Origin: an uncultured Bacteroidota bacterium
GTDB taxonomy: Bacteria > Bacteroidota > Bacteroidia > Chitinophagales > Chitinophagaceae
Assembly: GCA_903853805.1 (NCBI GenBank)
Contig: CAINUN010000103.1
Location: 5,243-69,242 of the forward strand
Length of the DNA: 64,000 nt
Direction: 5' to 3'
Below the pieces are notes generated by a model, which saw nothing but the letters and a program-made list of their open reading frames with translations, searched no databases and was not told the DNA's origin. Positions 49,347 through 59,104 of the stretch are shown here, one piece after another. The position numbers were made by a program, and so were the translations under genes. The stretch's first letter is position 1. Every line of letters starts with the position of its first letter.

Positions 49347-50897
49347 TTGAAACGAACTATAAAATATTACCGAATCATTTGGCTCAAACATGACCTTCCC
49401 GCAGGGCTTTCGGTTTTTCTTGTTGCACTGCCTCTTTGTTTGGGAATTGCATTAGCTTCAGGTGCACCCCTTTACGCTGGACTATTATCGGGCATAATTG
49501 GTGGGCTTGTTGTCTCTGTTATTAGCGGTGCTCAACTTGCTGTTTCGGGTCCTGCTGCTGGCTTATCCACAATTGTTGCTGCATCTATCATTTCACTTGG
49601 CGACTATAAATTATTTCTGTTAGCTGTTATTGTTGCCGGGCTTTTTCAGGTCATTCTTGGCATTTTAAAACTTGGCGTAATTGCCAACTATTTTCCTTCA
49701 TCCGTTATCAAAGGAATGTTAGCATCTATTGGAATCATTCTTATTTCAAAGCAAATCCCTTTAGCATTAGGTTATGATCAACCCGACTTTTGGACAAGCG
49801 GATTTATCAATTTGTTTTCACCCGACAACTTCTTAGGTAGTTTTCAACAATTTAATCATCACCTAACAAGAGGAACAATACTCATTACTTTTATTTCTTT
49901 AATCGCCCTCATTTATCTTCAACATCCATCCTCTAAAAAATTAAAAGTAATTCCTGCCCCCCTCTTTGTGGTTGTATTGGGCATCATCTTCAACCTTCTT
50001 TTTACCAATGCCGCGTCAACGTTTTCACTCAAACAAACACAATTAGTAAATATTCCTTCCAATTTATTCGCAAGCATTAGTTTTCCCAACTTCTCCAATA
50101 TATTTTCAACAACCGAAATTTGGAAAGATGGACTCATCATTGGTCTGCTTGCAACTTTAGAAACGCTGCTTTGTATTGAGGCTATTGATAAGTTAGACAG
50201 ACGCAACCGAATAACACCTATTAATAGAGAACTTATTGCACAAGGAATTGGAAATATGACATGTGGTTTATTGGGCGCTATTCCTATTACGGCTGTGGTG
50301 GTAAGAGGTGCTGCAAATGTAGATGCAGGCGGACGCACAAAACTTGCTGCTTTCACGCATGGGCTCTTTCTTTTGCTTGCAGTATTGCTTGTTCCTTTTT
50401 TACTCAATAAAATACCCTATGCTTCTCTTGCAGCTATTCTGCTTGTTACAGGCTATAACCTTACTAAACCAAAACTATATCGAAATATGTGGAGTCTTGG
50501 TTGGAAGCAATTCATTCCTTTTTTAATCACAATCATTGTCATTCTTTCAACCGATTTACTAATTGGTGTGTTCATAGGACTACTAATTTCTATTTATTTC
50601 ATTGTTCAAAACAATTTCAAAACAGACTATAAAATTACAAAGTCAACGCAGCATGAAATTGAAATGCACTACATAAAACTGAACAGCAATGTCACTTTCT
50701 TAAACAAAGTAAAGTTGCGAAAAGCGTTGGATGAAATTCCTGAATACAGCATACTGACTATTGACGGACGTGAGTGTAATTTTATTGACTATGATATTTT
50801 AGAAATCATAAGTGAGTATTACAACAAAGCACATGACAGACATATTGAATTGCATTTGCAGGGAATTGAAACAGTAAATACTACAGCCGTACACTAA
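49347..50897 (+). CDS. SulP-family anion transporter with a C-terminal STAS domain
   Basis: LKHDLPAGLSVFLVALPLCLGIALASGAP is a SulP N-terminal motif; multi-pass membrane domain; STAS-like tail. The start codon is uncertain (TTG at 49347). Confidence 0.8.
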   Translation: MKRTIKYYRIIWLKHDLPAGLSVFLVALPLCLGIALASGAPLYAGLLSGIIGGLVVSVISGAQLAVSGPAAGLSTIVAASIISLGDYKLFLLAVIVAGLFQVILGILKLGVIANYFPSSVIKGMLASIGIILISKQIPLALGYDQPDFWTSGFINLFSPDNFLGSFQQFNHHLTRGTILITFISLIALIYLQHPSSKKLKVIPAPLFVVVLGIIFNLLFTNAASTFSLKQTQLVNIPSNLFASISFPNFSNIFSTTEIWKDGLIIGLLATLETLLCIEAIDKLDRRNRITPINRELIAQGIGNMTCGLLGAIPITAVVVRGAANVDAGGRTKLAAFTHGLFLLLAVLLVPFLLNKIPYASLAAILLVTGYNLTKPKLYRNMWSLGWKQFIPFLITIIVILSTDLLIGVFIGLLISIYFIVQNNFKTDYKITKSTQHEIEMHYIKLNSNVTFLNKVKLRKALDEIPEYSILTIDGRECNFIDYDILEIISEYYNKAHDRHIELHLQGIETVNTTAVH

Positions 50898-51099
50898 CCT
50901 TTACTTGATTTTTGGTGGAAATTATATATTTCATGGAACAAACTTCCGAATAATGGAACGTTTTGAAGTATGCCAGAAAATAAAAACAATGATAATCAAC
51001 TACTTAGCGTTTTGGCACGTGGTTGGTAAATAAGTGCTCAATCAGGAGTTCTTAATTTATGGGGGATAAAGTTCTAATAATAAAACTTAGGGAGCTAGC

Positions 51100-51400
51100 G
51101 TTTATATCAAACAAAACATCTACCAACAACCAAGAGATGAACAAAAGCAATTTAACAAACTGCTTTTCTATATAAATATACGATTTTTAAACATCGCAAA
51201 ACAAAAACACAAAAAAACAAAAAAAACTTTTATATAAAACGAACAAAACACAATTATAAAACAAACTAAACAGACATATAAAGACAATTTTCTAAATACT
51301 TAAAGCGATGTACTAAAACAAACAAAACAAACAAAACAAACAAAAACAGAACAGACAACAAAACAAACAACTATATAAAACAAACAAACATTCGCTACTT
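51100..51400 (+). repeat. strand-asymmetric A+C-rich low-complexity tract ((A)nC / AAACA-type microsatellite-like)
   Basis: For example aaacaaacaaaacaaacaaaacaaacaaaaacagaacagacaacaaaacaaacaa. There are very few G or T on the + strand, and a 'tatataaa(ac)' motif recurs about 4 times. Confidence 0.8.
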
Positions 51401-51769
51401 ACTACATTTACTTATTGAACAAATACAAGGCTACTCTCTTAATCTTGCATAGGTTTGTCCCCCTATTACTCCAACAATTTCCATTTATTTTTTTCGTTTC
51501 ATTTCTTTATCGCCTCATCAATGATGATGACGAATGCTTTATAGCTTAGTCTTTGGTAAGCTTGTAAATTGATAATTTTCAGAATTGTCCCCAAAATAAG
51601 CTAATTATACTCATGCAATTACTTGTTGAAATTGATAGTGTTGAAGTAATCTATTTCAAATAATATATTAAATTGCTATTAATTATAGATCAATTGAAGT
51701 TTTAGTGTGTAATTTTGTGTCTCAATATCATTATTGAATAGTAAATCCCATACAATTACCTCGAAGTAC

Positions 51770-52822
51770 ATGCAGCGCTTTAACTTGAATAATTCAAAAA
51801 AAACATTCCTTTTACCCTTGTTATTATTAGCAATTTCCTGTGGTAATCAATCGAAGCAAGAGGTAGTTAAAACAAAAGAACCGCCCCCGCCAATTGAAGG
51901 ATTCATTATTCATGCAGAATCACTAGCTAACAATCTTGAAGTCTCAGGCAATCTGCTACCCTTTGAACAAACAGTACTGATGCCAGAAATATCGGGAAGA
52001 ATTATACGCTTGAATTTACCCGAAGGAAAAAGAGTTGCTAAAGGAACTTTATTGGTGAAATTATTTGATGATGACTTACAGGCGCAATTGAACAAACTTA
52101 AGATTCAATGGAAAAATGCAAATGCTACTGTTGAAAGACAAAAGGAGTTTTTAAAAATAAATGGCATTAGTCAGCAAGACTATGAACAAACGGTCACCCA
52201 GTTGTCCTCTCTTGAAGCGGATATTGCTGTAATGAAGGCACAAATAACAAAAACAGAATTAAGAGCTCCCTTCAATGGCACAATCGGGTTGCGTTCGGTA
52301 AGCGAAGGTGCTTTTGTGACACCGGGAACACAATTAGCAGTTATTAGAACCGAAGAACAATTGAAACTCGATTTTAAAATTCCAGAAACATACGCAGCTT
52401 CCATTAATAACGAAACAAAGATTCATTTTTCCTTACAAGGCGATACTATTAAATATGTAGCACGAGTAATGGCTACTGAAAAAAACATTGACAATGAATC
52501 CCTAAACTTGAATGTTCGGGCTTTGGTAAAGAGTAACAGTAAGAAACTAATACCGGGTACTGCAGTTAATGTTTTAGTAGATTTTGAAGACCATAAAAAT
52601 GCATTACTTGTACCTACTCAAGCTATTATTCCTCAAGCAAGATTTAAAAGCGTAATTGTTTGTAGAAACGGTAAAGCAGAACTTGTGAAAGTAAAGACAG
52701 GTATCAGAAGTGATACTGAAGTGGAGATTCGTTCTGGTTTAGCAACTGGTGATACCATTGTTACTACCGGTATTCAATTTATCAGACCTGGTATGAGTTT
52801 AAAATTTTCACACATTCAATAA
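51770..52822 (+). CDS. RND efflux periplasmic adaptor (membrane fusion protein)
   Basis: Lipoprotein signal (LLLLAISCGN); HlyD/MFP pattern (...AQL...ELRAPFNGTIG...). The first ATG is at 51770. Confidence 0.85.
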   Translation: MQRFNLNNSKKTFLLPLLLLAISCGNQSKQEVVKTKEPPPPIEGFIIHAESLANNLEVSGNLLPFEQTVLMPEISGRIIRLNLPEGKRVAKGTLLVKLFDDDLQAQLNKLKIQWKNANATVERQKEFLKINGISQQDYEQTVTQLSSLEADIAVMKAQITKTELRAPFNGTIGLRSVSEGAFVTPGTQLAVIRTEEQLKLDFKIPETYAASINNETKIHFSLQGDTIKYVARVMATEKNIDNESLNLNVRALVKSNSKKLIPGTAVNVLVDFEDHKNALLVPTQAIIPQARFKSVIVCRNGKAELVKVKTGIRSDTEVEIRSGLATGDTIVTTGIQFIRPGMSLKFSHIQ

Positions 52823-52831
52823 TAGGAGCGC

Positions 52832-55800
52832 ATGACATTATCTGACATAGCCCTAAAAAGACCGATAGGCGCAGTTGTACTGAGTTTGCTCGTTATATTA
52901 TTTGGAGTAGTTGGTTACACATTTTTGGGCATAAGAGAATATCCTGCAATTGATCCACCCACTATTGCCGTTAGAACTACTTATGGAGGTGCAAATGCCG
53001 AAATTGTTGAATCTCAAATTACAGAACCTCTTGAGAAATCAATTAATGGAGTTGAGGGCATTAAGTCAATTTCTTCTTCTTCTACGCTTGGTTTAAGCAA
53101 TATAACTGTAGAGTTTGAAGTGGGTGCTGAGTTAGAAAAAGCAGCCAATGACGTTCGGGATAAGGTATCGCAAGCAATCAAAAATTTACCACAAGATATT
53201 GATGCCCCTCCCACAGTAACAAAGTCTGATGCCAACAGCGATCCCATTATTTTCATGCCTGTGCAAAGCACCAAGATGAATGACTTGGAACTGAGTGTAT
53301 ATGTTGAAAATGTGCTCTTGGAAAAACTGCAAAGTATTCCCGGTGTCAGTCAGGTTACTATTTTCGGGCAGCACCGCCCTGCTATGCGCTTATGGATTGA
53401 CCCTGCTAAATTATCTTCTAGAAACCTAACCCCTCAGGATGTCTATAATGCCCTTCAAAGAGAAAATGTAGAACTTCCTGCAGGGAAAATAACGGGTGAA
53501 AAAACTGAACTCGCCATTAAAACTTCTGGTAGATTAGTTACGGAACAGGATTTCAACAACTTGATTATCAGGCAGAATGAAAATGGTATCGTTCGTTTTA
53601 GTGATGTTGGCGAAGCCATATTGGGTCCTGAAAATCCTGAAACTATTTCTAGACTGAAAAATACCATTGCTGTTTCCTTGGCATTGATTCCACAACCCGG
53701 TGCGAACAATATTGCTATAGCTGATGAATTTTACAAACGGTATGAGGCAATAAAAAAATCTTTACCACCTGGCATGACTACTGATGTAGGGATGGACAAA
53801 TCTAAATTTGTTCGTAGATCTATATTAGAAGTAAAAGAGACCTTGATTGTAGCCATATTATTGGTCATCATCATCATCTATCTTTTCTTTAGAGATTGGC
53901 TTATAGCCCTTCGTCCTTTATTAGATATCCCGGTTTCGCTGATTGGCGCTTTTTTTATCATGTACCTATTTGGCTTTTCAGTTAATGTACTTACGTTGCT
54001 TGGAATTGTATTGGCAACTGGACTTGTAGTAGATGATGGCATTGTTGTTACGGAGAATATTTATAAGAAGATAGAACGTGGAATGGATAGAATGCAAGCT
54101 GCTCGTGAAGGGACTCGTGAAATATTCTTTGCGGTTATTTCTACCTCCATCACATTAGCAGTCGTCTTTATTCCGGTTGTTTTTCTAAAAGGATTTACGG
54201 GAAGATTGTTTCGAGAATTTGGAGTTGTTGTAGCAGGTTCTGTTTTGATTTCTGCTTTGATTTCGTTGACGCTTACACCTGTATTAAATGTGAAGTTGAG
54301 TAAGAAAAACCCAAAGCCCTCTAAATTTTATCTTTTTACAGAACCCTTTTTCAGAGGAATGGAAAGAAACTATAGAAATAGTTTGCAAGCATTTATGAAG
54401 AACAGGTGGCTGGCGATTATGATATTGGCAGTTTGTGTTGGATTGATATTCTTAGTTGGCAAAAACCTGAAATCTGAGTTGGCACCTCTTGAAGATAGGA
54501 GTGTGGTCCGCTGTCCATTGACTGCGCCTGAAGGTACTTCCTTCAATTATATGGATAGCATTATCTACAACTTTTCTACTAAAGTTATTGATAGTGTGCC
54601 TGAAGCACATATGATTTTCAGTCTTACTGCTGCAGGAGGCTCCAATATCAATATCAATACAGGGACTGTCATAGTTCGGTTGGATGATCCTGATAAAAGA
54701 AAAGCAACCCAACAGGAAATTGCCGACCGATTATCTAAAATCACGAAGAAATTTCCCGAAGCTAAAATTTATGCATCCCAAGAACAGACGATTAGTACTT
54801 CTTTAGCTTCTTCTTCTCAATTGCCTGTGCAAATAGTTTTACAAAACCTCGATTTTGAAAAACTACAGACAGTAGTGCCCAAGTTCTTGGAAGACGCTAA
54901 GAAAGATTCCACTTTCGAAGTGGTGGATGTGAACTTAAAGTTTAATAAACCCGAAATTGATATTCAGATTGATAGACTTAAAGCTACTGCGCTTGGAGTA
55001 AGTGTTGCTGATATATCAAGCACCCTTGAATTGATGTTAAGCGGAAGAAGATTTGGCTATTACCAATTGAACGGTAAACAATATCAAGTAATAGGTCAAG
55101 TAGATCATAATGACCGTAAAGATCCTTTTGATATTAAAAAGTTACAAGTAAGAGGTAGGAACGGACAAATGGTTCAATTGGATAATTTGGTAACAATTAA
55201 AGAAAATAGCAATCCTCCTACCCTATTCCATTATAACCGATTTAAATCAGCTACTATTTCTGCATCTCTTGCCCCTGGCAAAACCTTAGGTGATGGCATT
55301 GAAGCGATGAAAAAAATAGCAGCAAAAGATATGGATGCTTCTTTTCAAACTGCTTTCGCTGGACCTTCAAGAGATTATACCGAAAGTGCTTCCAATACTT
55401 CTTTCGCCTTTATTCTTGCATTATTGTTGATTTATTTAATTCTTGCTGCTCAATTTGAAAGTTTCAAAGACCCATTGGTTATCATGTTGACGGTGCCGCT
55501 CGCAGTTGCAGGAGCGTTATCTTCCTTATGGTTATTTGGTCAGACCCTGAATATTTTTTCTCAAATTGGGATGATTATGTTGATAGGTTTGGTTACTAAA
55601 AACGGCATTTTAATTGTAGAATTCACCAACCAATTGCGCCAAAAAGGAGCAGCGATGGGTGCGGCAGTTGTTGATGCATCGGTAGCCCGTTTAAGACCTA
55701 TTCTTATGACCACACTTGCTACTGCATTAGGTGCACTGCCTATTGCCCTTGCATTAGGATCGGGTGCTAAAAGCAGAATGCCACTAGGAATTGTCATTGT

Positions 55801-55915
55801 TGGTGGATTGATATTTTCCTTAATGCTTACGCTTTTTGTTATACCGGCTATGTATAGTTTCCTATCGGGTAAACATGATAATAACGAATCAATTGCTCAT
55901 TCAGAAGATGTTTAA
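52832..55915 (+). CDS. RND efflux permease (AcrB/HAE1-like)
   Basis: 1027 aa with 12-TM/two-large-loop architecture. Typical motifs: RPI.A.V....I...G......L...EYP, and VDDGIVVTENI. Confidence 0.9.
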   Translation: MTLSDIALKRPIGAVVLSLLVILFGVVGYTFLGIREYPAIDPPTIAVRTTYGGANAEIVESQITEPLEKSINGVEGIKSISSSSTLGLSNITVEFEVGAELEKAANDVRDKVSQAIKNLPQDIDAPPTVTKSDANSDPIIFMPVQSTKMNDLELSVYVENVLLEKLQSIPGVSQVTIFGQHRPAMRLWIDPAKLSSRNLTPQDVYNALQRENVELPAGKITGEKTELAIKTSGRLVTEQDFNNLIIRQNENGIVRFSDVGEAILGPENPETISRLKNTIAVSLALIPQPGANNIAIADEFYKRYEAIKKSLPPGMTTDVGMDKSKFVRRSILEVKETLIVAILLVIIIIYLFFRDWLIALRPLLDIPVSLIGAFFIMYLFGFSVNVLTLLGIVLATGLVVDDGIVVTENIYKKIERGMDRMQAAREGTREIFFAVISTSITLAVVFIPVVFLKGFTGRLFREFGVVVAGSVLISALISLTLTPVLNVKLSKKNPKPSKFYLFTEPFFRGMERNYRNSLQAFMKNRWLAIMILAVCVGLIFLVGKNLKSELAPLEDRSVVRCPLTAPEGTSFNYMDSIIYNFSTKVIDSVPEAHMIFSLTAAGGSNININTGTVIVRLDDPDKRKATQQEIADRLSKITKKFPEAKIYASQEQTISTSLASSSQLPVQIVLQNLDFEKLQTVVPKFLEDAKKDSTFEVVDVNLKFNKPEIDIQIDRLKATALGVSVADISSTLELMLSGRRFGYYQLNGKQYQVIGQVDHNDRKDPFDIKKLQVRGRNGQMVQLDNLVTIKENSNPPTLFHYNRFKSATISASLAPGKTLGDGIEAMKKIAAKDMDASFQTAFAGPSRDYTESASNTSFAFILALLLIYLILAAQFESFKDPLVIMLTVPLAVAGALSSLWLFGQTLNIFSQIGMIMLIGLVTKNGILIVEFTNQLRQKGAAMGAAVVDASVARLRPILMTTLATALGALPIALALGSGAKSRMPLGIVIVGGLIFSLMLTLFVIPAMYSFLSGKHDNNESIAHSEDV

Positions 55916-57200
55916 GAAGCTATTTTGTATATTTTTTTTAGCGCCTTTCTGCCTTAGTGCTCAATCATTTTTGAGTGCAGAAGAGGCAGTTCAAATTGGG
56001 CTAAAAAATAATTTCGACGTACTTATTGCCCACAATCAGGCAGAGGCAAATTCCCTCATGAATACCTTCGGAGAGGCGGGCATGTTGCCTACCCTTGCTT
56101 TAAATGCCACTGCAGGTGCCAACCAAAATAATATCCAACAGAAGTATTCCAATGGAAATGAAATCAATCAAAATGGGGTAACTGGAAGTAATATAAGCCC
56201 AAGTATTGTTCTTACCTGGACCCTATTCGATGGTACGAAGATGTTTATTACTAAAAACAAATTGAAAGAAATCGAGCGTCTTGGTTTGGTTCAGTATAAG
56301 GAACAAATGCTCAATACCACCCTCCGTATTTTACTTAGCTATTATGATATTGTTCGCCAACAAATGCAATTGAAGGCTACCTTGGAAATTATTGCTTACA
56401 ACGAAGAAAGGGTAAAAATTACCGAGGGCAGATTGAATACAGGTTTAGCGCCTAAAACCGATTATCTACAAGCGCAAATTGATTTAAATATTCAAAAAGA
56501 AAACAAGATTAATTTTGAGTTTCAATTGGTGGATGCTAAAAGAAAGCTCAATAATCTGCTTGCAAGGGATGCGTCTTTTGATTACAAAGTAGAGGACTCA
56601 ATCACGCTTCAACCTTTAGCAAATCGGAGCATACTTGAAGAAAAAATGGAGCGAACTAACCCTACCCTTTTGTCTTTTCAATCGCAGGTTGCTATTTCCA
56701 AACTTAGCTATCTTGAAAGCAAGACTTCCTTTCTTCCTAAGTTGGTAATGACATCGGGCTATAATTTCAACAAAACGCAAAATTCAGCAGGCTTTAGCCT
56801 TTACAATCAATCCTATGGATGGCAAAGTAATTTTGCACTATCAATGCCCCTATATCAAGCAGGTAAATTGAAACATATTGTTCAATTAGCGAAGCTCAAT
56901 ATCCAAACATTGCAAGAACAATTGTCGCAGGCAACCTTGGCTGCAAGCCTTTCGTTGCAAAGTGCCCTTGCTTTATATGATGTACGCATCAATGCCTATA
57001 ATCTTGAAAAAGAAAATGAACATTTTGCCCGTGAGAATATGAATCTTTCCCTCAAAAGATTGCAACTTGGCTTAGGGACGGCATTAGATGTTGCACAAGC
57101 ACAGGCTACTTTCTCTGGCTCTGTTTTTCGTATGGCATCCTTTATGTATGATTTAAAAACAGCCGAACTCAACGCTCGAAAGCAAGCTGCAGATTTTTAA
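55908..57200 (+). CDS. TolC-family outer-membrane efflux protein
   Basis: Signal peptide MFKKLFCIFFLAPFCLSAQS; two repeated TolC halves. The ATG overlaps the stop of the permease gene. Confidence 0.85.
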   Translation: MFKKLFCIFFLAPFCLSAQSFLSAEEAVQIGLKNNFDVLIAHNQAEANSLMNTFGEAGMLPTLALNATAGANQNNIQQKYSNGNEINQNGVTGSNISPSIVLTWTLFDGTKMFITKNKLKEIERLGLVQYKEQMLNTTLRILLSYYDIVRQQMQLKATLEIIAYNEERVKITEGRLNTGLAPKTDYLQAQIDLNIQKENKINFEFQLVDAKRKLNNLLARDASFDYKVEDSITLQPLANRSILEEKMERTNPTLLSFQSQVAISKLSYLESKTSFLPKLVMTSGYNFNKTQNSAGFSLYNQSYGWQSNFALSMPLYQAGKLKHIVQLAKLNIQTLQEQLSQATLAASLSLQSALALYDVRINAYNLEKENEHFARENMNLSLKRLQLGLGTALDVAQAQATFSGSVFRMASFMYDLKTAELNARKQAADF

Positions 57201-57393
57201 TGGATTTCTGTTGCTTTTTCCAATTCTTTAGTCAGTTCCTTCAGTAATTAATCGGTTGATAGTTGTCAGTCTTCAGGTTTGAAGCTTTTTACATTGACGG
57301 TTTTTTAACGTGGAATTTCTCTATCAATTAGGGTTCTTGATGTAATTGAAGTTGAATTGCCGTTTCTTTATTCAGCCAATATAATTTCCCGTT

Positions 57394-57864
57394 CTAATCA
57401 ATGGCTTCCCAAAGTTGAACTTTGTTTCCCTCACCGTCAAGAATATGCACAAACTTACCATAGTCGTATGTTTCAATCTTGTCAACAATGGTCACGTTTT
57501 CCTTCTTTAGTTCTTCAACAAGTGCTTCCAAGTTTTCAACTCGGTAATTAATCATAAAATCTTGTTTCGAAGGTTCAAAGTATTTTGTCGATTCAGGAAA
57601 TGGTGTCCATTGTGTTTGTGCTTTTTTGGTGCTATCTTCACCTTCATACCACTCAAAAGTTGCGCCATAGGGATTTGTGTCCAATCCTAGATGCTGATGA
57701 TACCATTCGGTAACTTTTTTCGGGTCTTTGCATTTAAAGAATATGCCACCAATTCCTGTTACTCTTTTCATTTTAGTATTATTTGTTGTCGTTATCGTCT
57801 TAAAGGCGAAACCAAGTAAAAAGGTTGTCGCAAGGGTTAAAGTTAATAAAATTGATTTCTTCAT
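57394..57864 (-). CDS. VOC/glyoxalase-family protein with a signal peptide
   Basis: GIGGIFFKCKDPKKVTEWYHQHLG...VENLEALVEELK...HILDGEGNKVQLWE. Start taken at MKKSILL. Confidence 0.7.
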   Translation of the reverse strand: MKKSILLTLTLATTFLLGFAFKTITTTNNTKMKRVTGIGGIFFKCKDPKKVTEWYHQHLGLDTNPYGATFEWYEGEDSTKKAQTQWTPFPESTKYFEPSKQDFMINYRVENLEALVEELKKENVTIVDKIETYDYGKFVHILDGEGNKVQLWEAID

Positions 57865-57992
57865 GATTATTAAATTGAGTCTTTTGTATGAGGATGTTTT
57901 AATAATTTGAAATGGATTCAGAATCTTGCAATTCAATTTATTATTTAAAAAAATTACTTACTTTACAAGCTGTATGTCAAGAACAAAAACGG

Positions 57993-58511
57993 TTATAAGC
58001 TGCCGAATTTTGTTTTTCCCTTTTCAAAGCTAATGACTACGTTTTTTGTTCTGATATTCATTTTTGTCAATAGTTTTTTGTTGGCGAAGTATGATTGATT
58101 ATCAAGTTTAACAATAATTGAAGGAGCCGAGTTTACACCAAAGTTAGCTACCACAAAACCATATGGAGTTTTGTCAAAGTTTAAGGTATCAATCGCTGTT
58201 AATTTTGGAAGGTCAGACTCCACAAAATTAAAAGCTCTCGGTTTCTTGTCTGTACTTAATACCACTTTCAAAAAATAGTATAAATGTGCACCACCTGTTC
58301 CTACAAAATACAGCTCATCTTTTATCCCGTCTTTGTCAAAGTCCCAATTATTTGAATAATCATGTGTTTGAAGACTATTATCGTAACTGTAGTTTAAAGT
58401 TGGGTTTGATTTTCGATAATCATTTTCAAATGAGTTGGATATATTTTCAACCTTTTGAGCAAAAGAACTCAATTTTGACATTAAAAATAGAAGTGTAATC
58501 AGTAATTTCAT
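57993..58511 (-). CDS. hypothetical secreted protein (one FG-GAP/calcium-loop-like DFDKDGIKDE segment)
   Basis: Signal peptide MKLLITLLFLMSKLSSFAQ. I recognise no family. Confidence 0.5.
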   Translation of the reverse strand: MKLLITLLFLMSKLSSFAQKVENISNSFENDYRKSNPTLNYSYDNSLQTHDYSNNWDFDKDGIKDELYFVGTGGAHLYYFLKVVLSTDKKPRAFNFVESDLPKLTAIDTLNFDKTPYGFVVANFGVNSAPSIIVKLDNQSYFANKKLLTKMNIRTKNVVISFEKGKTKFGSL

Positions 58512-59104
58512 ATGAATTTTGTGTCTTGCTTTCTTTGTTGCTATTTAATAATTTCTGAGTCAGTCAATTATTTGCCAAAGTTTAAACATGAGAAGCAAGT
58601 TGCAACCAAAAGGGGGAAAGCAATCAAACCTGACAACTGACAACCATTAACTAACAACTGAAAAGGTCTATAGTTGATTAAATCACCTGTTCTCCACATA
58701 CATAACAAGACGGCATACTGCGATAAATGGTCAGGTTCGAAGCTTTTAGCATGGTCAGTTTTGATTTGGCAATTCTCTTACAGTTGAGGTTCTTGTTCAT
58801 TTTCTTTTGTCATCAAAAAAGAAAAACCAAAAGAAAAAACACCAAATCAACCCTTCGGATGCACTCAGGGACCTGCGTGATTTAGTTGGCTCACTCACCC
58901 AACGCTTTTGAGGATTTTTCTTGATGATAGAAATAACACTTCCTTAAAACATATCATCAAGGCTAAACAGTAGAGTTCGCAATAGCGAAGTTGAATTTGG
59001 CTATAGCAAAGGCAATGGCTAAAATGCGGGGTCTTCTCAATGTTGCTTTGCATACGCAAATCCCCTACATCCTAATTTCGGAAACAAGGACGATGTAGGC
59101 AGCG

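Noticed and set aside
50898-51769. Housekeeping ncRNA (tmRNA, RNase P RNA, SRP RNA, 6S) in the large gaps at 50898-51769, 58512-59104 and 61778-62222
   Set aside because: I found no tRNA-like acceptor/T-arm ends, no GGAAAGUCC-type RNase P motif and no SRP domain-IV-like hairpin by eye. This was not checked with covariance models.
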